A DNA stretch of 64,000 bases from an uncultured Oleiharenicola sp. (GCA_964515595.1 CAZEUN010000001.1:246282-310281); one strand, 5' to 3'; positions 27,915-37,575 are shown, counted from the first letter of the stretch. The notes: generated from the sequence alone by a model not told the origin. Made by a program: numbers and translations.

Positions 27915-29714
27915 ATGCTCCACCTGATCGATTACCTCATCATTGGTTTCTACTTCCTCTTTCTCGCGGGACTGGGCTGGTATTTCCGGCACGCGGCGGC
28001 GGATGCGAGCGAATTCTTCCGGGGGGGCGGCCGGATGGCGTGGTGGCTGGTCGGCGCCACGGCTTTCATGGGCGGATTCAGCGCGTGGACCTTCACCGGC
28101 GCCGCCGGACTGGCCTACGATCATGGCCTCGTGGTCATGATGATCTTCTGGGGCAACGCCGCAACGTATGTGCTGGCCGCATGGCGTTTCGCCCCATGGT
28201 TCCGTCAGCTGCGGGTCTTCACCGTGATGGAGTCCGTGCGCCAGCGTTTCGGAGCCGGCAATGAACAGATTTTCACCTGGCTGCAGTTGCCCCTGCAGGT
28301 CTTGGTCGCCGGCATCTGGCTTTACGGCCTCGCCATTTTTCTTTCGCCCGTCTTCCACCTCGACCTCCACGTCTGCATCCTGGCGTGCGGCGCCGTGGTG
28401 ATCGTGCTGTCCACCCTGGGCGGCTCCTGGGCGGTGTCGGCGGGCGACTTCATGCAGACCCTGCTGCTGATGCCGATCACGCTGCTCGCCGCCTGGTTCG
28501 CGCTGCAAAAGGCGGGCGGCGCGGAAGCGCTGGTCGCGCACCTGCCGCGCTCCCATTTCGACCTCACCGCCAGCACGGTGTCCGGTTACGGGGCGCTCTG
28601 GCTGACCGGGCAGGTGATCGACCGGATGATCCTGACCAACCGGCTCACCAACGCCGGCCGCTTTCTCTACGTCTCGGACAGCACGGGGGCGCGCAAGGCC
28701 AGCCTGCTCGCGGCCGGCTTGTTTGTGATTGGCACAATCATCTGGTTCATCCCGCCGCTGGCCGCGCGCAGCCTCGGTATCGACCTGCACGCCCGCTTTC
28801 CGACCCTGTCTTCGCCCGGGGAAGCAGCCTATGCCGTGATGGCGCTCGACACCCTGCCGCCGGGCCTGCTGGGCCTGCTGGTGACGGCCATCATCGCCGC
28901 CACGCTGACAGGCATGGATGACGGCCTTAACAAAAACGCCGGCATCTTCGTCCGCAGCGTCTACCGGCCGTTGCTACGGCCGCAGGCCAGCGAGCGCGAG
29001 CAAGTGCTCGTCGGTCGCATCGCCACCGTGTTCACGGGCGGTCTCATCATCCTCCTGGCGCTGAAATACAGCACCTGGCGCGACTTTGGCGTGCTCAAGC
29101 TCATGTTCAATTTCTCCGCCATGGTCGGCGTGCCCATCGGCGTGCCGATGTTCTGGTGCCTGTTCGCCCGCCGCACGCCCGACTGGTCCGCGTGGAGCAC
29201 GGTGCTGGTGGGTTTCATCGTCAGCGCGTCGATCGGGGCGCTGCCGCGCCAGGAATGGTTCCACTCCGCGCTCGTCGCGCAGGGTCAGGCCGACGCGCTC
29301 GCGTGGCTGCGCGCCAACGAATTTGGCGTCACGGTCGTGAGCGTGATGGCGGTGGGCTCGCTGTGGTTCTGGGCCACCGCATGGTGGGGAGGACAGCTTG
29401 ATCCGGTCCGCCAGCGGGAGGTGGATCAATTTCATGAGGTGATGCGGACGCCGGTCACGAAGAAGGAAACCGCTGGCGACCGCCCGGACGACACCCCCGC
29501 ACGCATCGCGCGCCTGTGCACCATTTACGCTGTGTTCCTCGGCACCATGTGCCTGCTGCCCAATTCGCTCCGGGGACGCGCAGGCATCGCCTTCTGCGCG
29601 CTGTTCTTCGTGGCGACCTGGGCGCTGCTCAGGCGGGCGGCCCGGCCGGCCCCACCCCTCGTCACGCCAGTGTCCCCGGCCGCGGAGCCGGCTGAAACTT
29701 CCCTCATCAAATGA
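27915..29714 (+). CDS. Sodium:solute symporter (SSS) family transporter
   Basis: Multiple TM helices; FFRGGGRMAWW, FSAWTF.GAAG, GL..LLV..I.AAT. Confidence 0.9.
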   Translation: MLHLIDYLIIGFYFLFLAGLGWYFRHAAADASEFFRGGGRMAWWLVGATAFMGGFSAWTFTGAAGLAYDHGLVVMMIFWGNAATYVLAAWRFAPWFRQLRVFTVMESVRQRFGAGNEQIFTWLQLPLQVLVAGIWLYGLAIFLSPVFHLDLHVCILACGAVVIVLSTLGGSWAVSAGDFMQTLLLMPITLLAAWFALQKAGGAEALVAHLPRSHFDLTASTVSGYGALWLTGQVIDRMILTNRLTNAGRFLYVSDSTGARKASLLAAGLFVIGTIIWFIPPLAARSLGIDLHARFPTLSSPGEAAYAVMALDTLPPGLLGLLVTAIIAATLTGMDDGLNKNAGIFVRSVYRPLLRPQASEREQVLVGRIATVFTGGLIILLALKYSTWRDFGVLKLMFNFSAMVGVPIGVPMFWCLFARRTPDWSAWSTVLVGFIVSASIGALPRQEWFHSALVAQGQADALAWLRANEFGVTVVSVMAVGSLWFWATAWWGGQLDPVRQREVDQFHEVMRTPVTKKETAGDRPDDTPARIARLCTIYAVFLGTMCLLPNSLRGRAGIAFCALFFVATWALLRRAARPAPPLVTPVSPAAEPAETSLIK

Positions 29715-30847
29715 ATCCCATCCGCTTCGGCATCGTCGGTCTCGGTCAAATGGGCGCCGTCCACGCCCGCAATCTCCACTCAGGCGCGGTCAAGCAAGGC
29801 ACGCTGGCCGCGGTCTGCGACAGTGACGCCACCCGGCTCGCCGCCTATGGCGACAAGGTCCAGGCCTTTCGCGACCTCGGCGCCATGGTGCGCAGCGGCG
29901 CGATCGACGCCCTCGTGATCGCCACGCCGCACTTCGGTCACCCCGACGCCGCGATCCAGGCCCTGGAGGCCGGCCTCCACGTGCTCGTGGAAAAGCCCAT
30001 CGCCGTGCACAAGGCCGACGCCGAGCGCATGCTCGCCGCCCACGCCGCCACCGGGGGGCGGTTGCAATTCGGCGCGGTCTTCAACCAGCGCACCCGCGCG
30101 CCTTATCGCAAGATCCGCCACCTCATCCAGTCGGGCGAACTCGGGCCGATCCGGCGCGTGCAGTGGACGCTGACAGACTGGTTCCGCTCCGACGCCTACT
30201 ATGCCTCGAGTCCGTGGCGCGCGAGTTGGGATGGCGAGGGCGGCGGCGTGCTGATCAACCAGGGCCCGCACCAGCTCGACCTGTGGTGCTGGCTGTTCGG
30301 GCGGCCGGAGCGCGTCCGGGCGTTCTGCCGTTTCGGCAAATATCACGCGATCGACGTCGAGGACGACGTCACGGCCTACTTCGAGCTGCCCGGCGGCGCG
30401 ACCGGCACGTTCATCATCTCCACCGGCGAGGCGCCCGGCACCAGCCGGCTCGAGATCTCCGCCGACCGCGGGCGCGTCGTCTTCGAAAACAACGAGCTGC
30501 GCTTCACCCGCAACGAAATCCCCGCCCTGGAATTCTCGCGCACCACGAAGGACATCTGGGGCCGGCCGCCCACGTGGGAGGTCACGATCCCCGTCACGGG
30601 GACCGACGGCCAGCACCTCGAGATCGTGCAGAATTTCACCGATGCCATCCAGGGCCGCGCGCCCCTCATCGCCCCCGCGGCCGAGGGCCTCGCGTCCGTC
30701 GAGCTCGCCAACGCCATGCTCCTGTCCACCTGGCTCGACCGCACGATCGACCTGCCGCTGGACGGACGCGTCTTCCAGGGCGAACTGGAAAAGCGCATCG
30801 CCGCCTCGGCCGCCAAGCGCCGCCCACCGGAGGCCGCCGCGTCATGA
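29711..30847 (+). CDS. Gfo/Idh/MocA family oxidoreductase
   Basis: GIVGLGQMG, IATPH..H, HVLVEKP, GGGVLINQGPHQLD. Confidence 0.92.
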   Translation: MNPIRFGIVGLGQMGAVHARNLHSGAVKQGTLAAVCDSDATRLAAYGDKVQAFRDLGAMVRSGAIDALVIATPHFGHPDAAIQALEAGLHVLVEKPIAVHKADAERMLAAHAATGGRLQFGAVFNQRTRAPYRKIRHLIQSGELGPIRRVQWTLTDWFRSDAYYASSPWRASWDGEGGGVLINQGPHQLDLWCWLFGRPERVRAFCRFGKYHAIDVEDDVTAYFELPGGATGTFIISTGEAPGTSRLEISADRGRVVFENNELRFTRNEIPALEFSRTTKDIWGRPPTWEVTIPVTGTDGQHLEIVQNFTDAIQGRAPLIAPAAEGLASVELANAMLLSTWLDRTIDLPLDGRVFQGELEKRIAASAAKRRPPEAAAS

Positions 30848-31614
30848 AACTCTCCCAGGTCGCCGCCCAGCTTTATACCGTCCGCAAATTCTGCGGGGAC
30901 GCCGCCGCCCTGGTCGCCACGGCGAAACGCCTGCGCACGATCGGCTACACCGCCGTCCAGCTCAGCGGCGTCGCCCCGCTGCCCGAGGCCGAACTCGTCG
31001 CCATCTTCCGCGGCGAGGGCCTGACGATCTGCGCCACCCACGAACCCGGGAAAAAGATCCTCGAGGAAACCGACGCGGTGATCGCGCGCCTGCACGCGCT
31101 CGGCTGCAAGTACACCGCGTACCCCTCGCCCGCCGGCATCGACCTCGGCGACGCCGCCCAGGTGGAGACCCTCGCGCGCAAGCTGGCTGTCGCCGGCGCC
31201 CGGCTGCATGACGCGGGCCTGACGCTTGGCTACCACAACCACGGGTTCGAGTTCGTGAAATTCCGCGACGGCACCGTGCTCGACTACCTGTTCGCCACCA
31301 CGGATCGGCACCACCTGGTTTCCGAGCTCGACACGTTCTGGGTGCACTACGGCGGCCACAACGTCCTCGACTGGTGCCGCAAGCTCCGCGGCCGGCTGCC
31401 GTTCATCCATCTCAAGGACTACGGCATCAACACCAAGAACGCCCACGAGTACCGCGAAATCGGCGCGGGCTCGCTGCCCTTCCGGGAGATCATCGCCGAG
31501 ACCGACACGGGCGGCTGCGAGTGGTACATCGTCGAGCAGGACGAAACCCCCGGCGACCCGTTCGTTTCCCTGCAACAGAGTTTCAACTACATCAAGGATC
31601 ACCTCATCAGCTGA
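30844..31614 (+). CDS. Sugar phosphate isomerase/epimerase (xylose-isomerase-like TIM barrel)
   Basis: AQLYTVR, GYHNH..E, ELDTFW, IHLKD, EIGAG, YIVEQD. ATGA overlap with the upstream gene. Confidence 0.9.
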   Translation: MKLSQVAAQLYTVRKFCGDAAALVATAKRLRTIGYTAVQLSGVAPLPEAELVAIFRGEGLTICATHEPGKKILEETDAVIARLHALGCKYTAYPSPAGIDLGDAAQVETLARKLAVAGARLHDAGLTLGYHNHGFEFVKFRDGTVLDYLFATTDRHHLVSELDTFWVHYGGHNVLDWCRKLRGRLPFIHLKDYGINTKNAHEYREIGAGSLPFREIIAETDTGGCEWYIVEQDETPGDPFVSLQQSFNYIKDHLIS

Positions 31615-31619
31615 CGCCC

Positions 31620-32804
31620 ATGTCGCGCCCCGCCCGCCTGTTCGCCGCCCTTTTTCTCATGACGCTTTCCGCCTCCGCCGCGGAGGTTGGCGCCACCCAG
31701 CCGCTGAACCTCCCCCTGCCCGATCCGCTCCTCGCCGCCGACGGCCGGCGCGTCACCAGCGCCGAAGAATGGACCCGGGAGCAGCGCCCGCGCCTCCTCG
31801 AGTTATTCCGGGAAAACATCTACGGCCGCAACCCCGTGGAGCGTCCGGCGCAACTGAAGTTCGAGGTCCGCGACCAGGCCACCGCCCTCGGCGGCAAGGC
31901 ACAGCGGAAACAGGTGCGCATCACCTACGGTGGCCCGGGCGGCGAAGGGCACATCGATGCGACGCTCTACCTCCCGGCCGCGGCCGCGCCGCGCGGCGTG
32001 TTCCTGCTGATCGTGAACCGCGTGCGCACGCTGATCGACGAGGCGGAAACGAAACCGTCGGAATACTGGCCCGTCCCGCAGCTCATCGCCCGCGGCTATG
32101 CCACGGTGGCGTTTCACTATTCCGACACGGCGGTCGACAAGGTCGCCGACCAGTTCCAGCACGGCGTGTTTCCGGTGTACGGCCCGGCCCCGCGCCGGCC
32201 GGACTCCTGGGGCGCGATCGGCGCGTGGGCCTGGGGCGCCAGCCGCGTGATCGACTACCTGGAAACGGATGCCGCCGTGGCCGGCCAGCCGGTCGCGGTC
32301 ATCGGCCAGTCGCGCGGCGCCAAGGCCGCGCTGTGGTGCGGCGCGCAGGACCCGCGCGTCGCGCTCACCATCAGCAACGAATCCGGCAGCACCGGCGCGG
32401 CGCTCACCCGCCGGAAGGTCGGCGAAACCGTCGAGATCATCTCGCGCGTCTTCCCGCACTGGTTCGCCCCAAACTACCGCCGCTTCGCCAACCATGAGGC
32501 CGACCTGCCCGTCGACCAGCACGAGTTGATCGCACTCGTCGCGCCGCGCCTGGTCTACGTGGGCAGCGCCGAGGGCGATACCTGGTCCGACCCGACCTCC
32601 GAGTTCGCGGCGTGCGTGGAAGCGGGCCGCGTCTACCAACTTTTTGGCCTCGCGGGCGTCGGCGATCCGATGATGCCGAAAGTCGATTCCCCCCGTCAGG
32701 ACGGCGCAATCGGCTATCACATGCGCGCCGGCGCGCACAATCTGCTGCTGGTCGATTGGAACCACTACATGGATTTCGCGGACCGGCACTGGACGAAGCG
32801 TTAG
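31620..32804 (+). CDS. CE15 glucuronoyl-esterase-like alpha/beta hydrolase, secreted
   Basis: LPDPL, WGAIGAWAWG.SR..DYL, GQSRGAKAALW..A.D.R, ESG..GAAL.R, LPVDQHEL.AL.APR, YHMRAG.H. Confidence 0.85.
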   Translation: MSRPARLFAALFLMTLSASAAEVGATQPLNLPLPDPLLAADGRRVTSAEEWTREQRPRLLELFRENIYGRNPVERPAQLKFEVRDQATALGGKAQRKQVRITYGGPGGEGHIDATLYLPAAAAPRGVFLLIVNRVRTLIDEAETKPSEYWPVPQLIARGYATVAFHYSDTAVDKVADQFQHGVFPVYGPAPRRPDSWGAIGAWAWGASRVIDYLETDAAVAGQPVAVIGQSRGAKAALWCGAQDPRVALTISNESGSTGAALTRRKVGETVEIISRVFPHWFAPNYRRFANHEADLPVDQHELIALVAPRLVYVGSAEGDTWSDPTSEFAACVEAGRVYQLFGLAGVGDPMMPKVDSPRQDGAIGYHMRAGAHNLLLVDWNHYMDFADRHWTKR

Positions 32805-32819
32805 TTTTTTCGCCGGCTT

Positions 32820-33929
32820 ATGAACCGCCTCTTCCGTTCCGGCCGGCCGCTCGCCATCACGATGTGGGATTTCTCGTGGCTCGAGCGCCGGTGGCCCGGC
32901 GCCGGCTACGAGGACTGGGGCGCCGCCCTCGATCAACTGGTGGAGCGGGGCTACGACGCCGTCCGCATCGACGCCTATCCGCACCTGGTGGCGGCGGATC
33001 CGGCCAGGACCTGGGAGATCATCCCGCCCTGGGACCAGTCGCACTGGGGCGCCCAGGCGCGCGTGGACGTCCAGGTGTGGCCGGCCCTCCCGGAGTTCAT
33101 CCGCCAGTGCGCCGCGCGCGGCGTGCTGGTCGCGCTCTCCACCTGGTTTCAGGACGACGCCACGCACCAGCGTGAAACGCTGGCGAACGCCGCCGCCCAT
33201 GCCGGCATCTGGCTGCGCACGCTGGAGCTCCTCGAAAAGGAAAACCTCCTCGACCACGTGCTCTACGTGGACCTCTGCAACGAGTGGCCGTTTCCGCACT
33301 GGGCGCCGTTCTTTCGCCAACCCGCCGGCACCGCTCCCGGCGACTGGCGCACGCCGGGCTCGCTGGCGTGGATGCGGGAAAGCGTGGAACGCGTTCGCGC
33401 GCGTTACCCCGACCTGCCCTATACCTATTCCTTCAGCGACTGCCTCGATGATCCGTCGTCGCATTCGGTGGACGTCGGGTTTCTCGATTTCCTCGAGCCG
33501 CATTGCTGGATGGCGAGCATGACCGAGTTCTACGCGCGCGTGGACTACAACTTCGAGCGGTTCGACCCGCGCGGCTACCGCCACGTCGCCGACCGCGCCG
33601 AGCGCCTCTATCGCAGCGACCCGGATCATTGGAAAGCGGGCCTCGCCGCGATCATCGACCGCCGCGTTGCCTGGAGCCTCCGGCAAAACAAGCCGCTCGT
33701 CACGACCGAGGGCTGGTCAATCGTCGACTACAAGGACGGCCCGCGCCTCCCCTGGGACTGGGTGATGGAGCTCAACGCCTGGGCGGTCGAACGCGTGGCC
33801 GCCACCGGCCGCTGGGCCGCGGTCTGCACGAGCAATTTTGCGGGGCCGCAGTTTCACGGCATGTGGCGCGACGTGGCCTGGCACCAGCGTCTCAACCGCC
33901 TTATCAAATCCGGCGCCCTGCCGCGCTAA
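32820..33929 (+). CDS. Cellulase-like (PF12876-type) TIM-barrel putative glycosidase
   Basis: AITMWDFSWLERRWPGAGYEDW, RGYDAVRIDAYPHL, DLCNEWP, TTEGW. Confidence 0.75.
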   Translation: MNRLFRSGRPLAITMWDFSWLERRWPGAGYEDWGAALDQLVERGYDAVRIDAYPHLVAADPARTWEIIPPWDQSHWGAQARVDVQVWPALPEFIRQCAARGVLVALSTWFQDDATHQRETLANAAAHAGIWLRTLELLEKENLLDHVLYVDLCNEWPFPHWAPFFRQPAGTAPGDWRTPGSLAWMRESVERVRARYPDLPYTYSFSDCLDDPSSHSVDVGFLDFLEPHCWMASMTEFYARVDYNFERFDPRGYRHVADRAERLYRSDPDHWKAGLAAIIDRRVAWSLRQNKPLVTTEGWSIVDYKDGPRLPWDWVMELNAWAVERVAATGRWAAVCTSNFAGPQFHGMWRDVAWHQRLNRLIKSGALPR

Positions 33930-34066
33930 GACACGCTCCACCCTTTTAACTTTCCGATCCCGATCCACCATGTCCCAGGCATCGGTCCGTGACCGGCGGT
34001 CACCCCACCGGATCATTCACTGTTTCCGGGACGACAGCCTGCCTATCCCCCAAGCCCGCTAAAACC

Positions 34067-35482
34067 ATGACGCGCTCAACCCTTTCCCGCCGCAATTTCC
34101 TGAAGACGTCCGTTCTCGCCGGTGCGGGTTTGTCGCTGGGCAGTCGTGCGCGGGGCGCAGCCGACCCCTCCATCGACCTGGGCCGCGTGCCGCCGCGCCC
34201 CGCCGGTCAGCGGCCAGTCCACCAACTCACCACGCCGCCGCTCGAGCGCGTGCGCATCGGCGTGATCGGGCTGCATCGCGGGCTGGCACACGTGCGCGAT
34301 GCGCTGGGTCTCGAGTTTGTCGACATCGTCGCCGTCTGCGACGTGCGCGAGGACCGCACCAACGCCGCGGCCGATCGCTGCGTGAAGGCCGGCCGGCCGC
34401 GGCCGGCCACTTATTCGGGCACGGAGACGATTTGGGAGCGGCTGGCCGACCGCGACGATCTTGACGTCGTCTACGTCGCCACCCCATGGGACTGGCACGT
34501 GCCGATGTGCCTGCGCGCGATGCAGCGAGGCAAGCACGCGTTCGTCGAGGTCGCCGCCGCGGTCACGGTGGCCGAGTGCTGGCAGCTGGTCGACACCAGC
34601 GAGCGCACCCAGCGCCACTGCGTCATGCTGGAAAACTGCTGCTACGGCGAGAACGAGCTGTTCGTCCTCAACCTCGCCCGCGCCGGTGTGTTCGGCACGC
34701 TGAAGCATGCGGAGTGCGCGTATCTCCACGACCTGCGCGACGTGCTGTTCCAGCTCGGCTCGGAGGGCGACTGGCGCCGCAACTACCACTGGCAGCAGGA
34801 CGGCAACCTCTATCCCACGCACGGCCTCGGCCCGGTCGCCCAGTACCTTGGCGTCGGCCGCGGCGACCAGTTCAAGTTGCTCGTCTCGATGAGCTCGCTC
34901 GAGGCTGGGCTGACGGAGCACCGGGACGCGACGAAGCCCAACGGCGGCCGGCACGCGGCGGAGAAATACGTCTGCGGCGACATGAACACCTCCATTCTCA
35001 AGACGGAGCGCGGCCGCACCATCCTGCTGCAGCACGACGTGGTGAGTCCGCGGCCTTACAGCCGCATCAACGCACTCTGCGGCACGCAGGCGACCTTCTT
35101 CGATTATCCCCCGCGGCTCGCCCTCGACCAGCCCGCCGCGTACGGGCTCGAGGCCAGGGGCGCGCACGAGTGGCTGAACGAAAGGGATCTCGCCAGGATG
35201 CGGGAGAAGTTCACGCACCCGCTTTGGCGGAAACTCGCGGACCGTGCCGCGAGCTCCGGTCATGGCGGCATGGATTTTGTGATGAACTACCGTCACCTCG
35301 ACTGCATCCGCCGGGGGGGGACTCCCGACAGCGACGTCTACGACGCCGCCGCCTGGAGCTGCATCGTCGAGCTTTCCACCCGCTCCGTGGCGACCGGCAG
35401 CAGGCCGGTCACCTTCCCGGATTTCACCCGGGGCCTCTGGAAAACGATGCCCCTGGTCGGCATCGCCGAAGTGCGCCCATGA
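34067..35482 (+). CDS. GH109-type NAD+-dependent glycosidase (Gfo/Idh/MocA fold), Tat-exported
   Basis: SRRNFLK Tat motif; ATPWDWH, EVAAA, MLENCCY, YPTHGLGP, HGGMD, DVYDAA.WS. Confidence 0.88.
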   Translation: MTRSTLSRRNFLKTSVLAGAGLSLGSRARGAADPSIDLGRVPPRPAGQRPVHQLTTPPLERVRIGVIGLHRGLAHVRDALGLEFVDIVAVCDVREDRTNAAADRCVKAGRPRPATYSGTETIWERLADRDDLDVVYVATPWDWHVPMCLRAMQRGKHAFVEVAAAVTVAECWQLVDTSERTQRHCVMLENCCYGENELFVLNLARAGVFGTLKHAECAYLHDLRDVLFQLGSEGDWRRNYHWQQDGNLYPTHGLGPVAQYLGVGRGDQFKLLVSMSSLEAGLTEHRDATKPNGGRHAAEKYVCGDMNTSILKTERGRTILLQHDVVSPRPYSRINALCGTQATFFDYPPRLALDQPAAYGLEARGAHEWLNERDLARMREKFTHPLWRKLADRAASSGHGGMDFVMNYRHLDCIRRGGTPDSDVYDAAAWSCIVELSTRSVATGSRPVTFPDFTRGLWKTMPLVGIAEVRP

Positions 35483-35490
35483 TCGGCGCG

Positions 35491-35595
35491 CAAACCCCAA
35501 AGGCCAAAGTTCCAAACCCCAAATAAATCCCTCACTCCCCGATGAAACTGATTTGTACTTCGACCCTGTTTGGCCTTTGGACGTTTGGCGTTTGG
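35491..35595. repeat. CCAAA/TTTGG short-unit inverted-repeat element, copy 1; the right arm lies inside the next gene's 5' end
   Basis: caaaccccaaaggccaaagttccaaaccccaaa ... tttggcctttggacgtttggcgtttgg; homologous in opposite orientation to 47377-47463. Confidence 0.65.
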
Positions 35596-37575
35596 AGTCT
35601 GGCCGCCCCAGCGATCGCAGCGGCTGAATCACCCGCCCCGGAACCCCGGCTCCAACTGGTGTCACCGCTCAACCCCACGCTGAGCCCGTACACCGGCTAC
35701 ACGCGCCAGCACTGGCTGGAGATCACGGAACGGCTCCTGGCAGGCGTCCTGCCGCATTTCACCCCGGACGGCACGCCCCGGCTGCCCGCGCCGGCGGGCG
35801 AGACGGCGTTCAACTCCGGCAGCATGCCCGCGAGCGTCGTGCCGGTGGACAAGCAGGCGTTCGAGCGGATCATGATGCTCAGCGTGATCTACTCGGGGGC
35901 GACCGGCCGTGACACCGTGCCCGGCTACAACGGCTCGATCACCGAACCCTTCCGTCGCGGCATGATGCAGGCCCTCGATCCCCAAAGCCCGCACTACTGG
36001 GGACCGCCCGCCAACGCGGAGCATGCGGGTTCGATCTTCGCGCTCGGGGCCATGCTGAGCCCGAAGTATTTCTGGGACGCGTTCACTCCCGCCCAGCGCA
36101 CGCTGGTCCTGAACTACCTCGAGCAGCTCAGCGCCGGACGATCCTACGACAACAACCACTACCTCTTTCACCTCACCCCCACGCCCCTGCTCGAGGCCAA
36201 CGGGCGCGACGGGCGGCGCGCGCCGCACACGGCCATGCTCGAGCGGTTGTACGGGATGTACCGCGGCGACGGCTGGTTCATCGACGGCAGCAATCTCTCG
36301 TTCGACAAATACAACGCGTGGGGCTTCCACCTCTACGACCAGGTCGTGTACCGGTTCGATGCGCCGTGGCGGAAACAGTTTGGCCCGCGCATCGAGGACT
36401 CGACGCGGCGCTTCCTGGACACCTACGCATACACCATCGGCCGCGATGGCGGCCCCGTGCCGTGGGGGCGGTCGCTCTCCTACCGGTTTGCGGAACTGGC
36501 CGCGCTGGGCTGGGCCTCGTGGAACGGCACCAACCCGCTGCCGCCCGGCGAGGCGCGGCGCCTCGCGTCCGGCGTGCTCCGCTATTTCTGGGAGCACGGC
36601 GCGCAGGACCCGGACGGCCTGCTCCAAGTCGGATTCCGCGGCACCAATGCCGCCGTCGCGGAATTCTACAACGGCCCAGGCACGTCGTATTGGGCCGCCC
36701 ATGGCCTGATCGCGCTGATGATCCCGGCCACGGACCCGTTCTGGACCGCGACCGAGCAGCCGATGCCCGCGGACACGGGCGCGCATACGATCGTGATCGA
36801 AGGCGCCCAGATGGTCGCGCGGACGCTCCCCGACGGCGAGGCGCGCGTCTATCCTGCGGGCCAGCCCTTCTCCCGGGCGCACGACCATTGGCAACGCGGC
36901 GTGAAGTACCAACAGCACGCCTACTCGAGCGCCCTCGGCTGGTGCACCCTCGGGGAAGGCACCGACCTCGGCGCCGGCCGCACCGGCGCGTCGGTCGACG
37001 GCAAGGCCTGGCAGTATCGCGACCATGCGCGCGTCCTGTCGATCGCCCCCGACCACCTCGCGAGCGCGTGGGGACTGGACGTGTCGTTGAGTTACCAGCC
37101 GGCGGTCGATGACCGTTACGAATTCGTCACGCACACGCTGCTCGGCACGACAGGCGAGCTGCACATTTTCTGGCACCGGAGCCCGCAACCGCTGTACCTC
37201 CACCTCGGTGGCTACGGCATCGGCAGCCCCGATGTGGCCTCGATTCAAACGCGGCAGGACGCAAACCACATCGAGTTGCAGACCCCGGAGTATCGCTCGG
37301 TGCTGCGGGTCTACGAGGCCCCGGCCGGGGCGCTGACCCATGAGGTGCTGACGCCGCGCGAAGGCTGGAAGCAGGCGCACCTCTTCGACCTCGCCGGGAC
37401 CTTCCCCCTCTGGCGCAGCGCCGCGCCGGTTCCGGCCAACACGCCGGTCATCCTCTATGTGGATGGCGGGCGCAACCGGCCCGTGGCGGAGCCCGACGTG
37501 CGCATCGAGCATGCCCCGGGAAAACTCACGGTCCATCTGGACGGGAAGACGCAGGTGATATCCGTGCCATGGTAA
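35542..37575 (+). CDS. DUF2264 family protein #2, long form with C-terminal beta domain and signal peptide
   Basis: YTGYTRQHWLEIT.RLL.G, DNNHYLF, YRGDGWFIDG, FDKYNAWGFH.Y, WGRSLSYR, YNGPGTSYWA. Confidence 0.8.
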   Translation: MKLICTSTLFGLWTFGVWSLAAPAIAAAESPAPEPRLQLVSPLNPTLSPYTGYTRQHWLEITERLLAGVLPHFTPDGTPRLPAPAGETAFNSGSMPASVVPVDKQAFERIMMLSVIYSGATGRDTVPGYNGSITEPFRRGMMQALDPQSPHYWGPPANAEHAGSIFALGAMLSPKYFWDAFTPAQRTLVLNYLEQLSAGRSYDNNHYLFHLTPTPLLEANGRDGRRAPHTAMLERLYGMYRGDGWFIDGSNLSFDKYNAWGFHLYDQVVYRFDAPWRKQFGPRIEDSTRRFLDTYAYTIGRDGGPVPWGRSLSYRFAELAALGWASWNGTNPLPPGEARRLASGVLRYFWEHGAQDPDGLLQVGFRGTNAAVAEFYNGPGTSYWAAHGLIALMIPATDPFWTATEQPMPADTGAHTIVIEGAQMVARTLPDGEARVYPAGQPFSRAHDHWQRGVKYQQHAYSSALGWCTLGEGTDLGAGRTGASVDGKAWQYRDHARVLSIAPDHLASAWGLDVSLSYQPAVDDRYEFVTHTLLGTTGELHIFWHRSPQPLYLHLGGYGIGSPDVASIQTRQDANHIELQTPEYRSVLRVYEAPAGALTHEVLTPREGWKQAHLFDLAGTFPLWRSAAPVPANTPVILYVDGGRNRPVAEPDVRIEHAPGKLTVHLDGKTQVISVPW

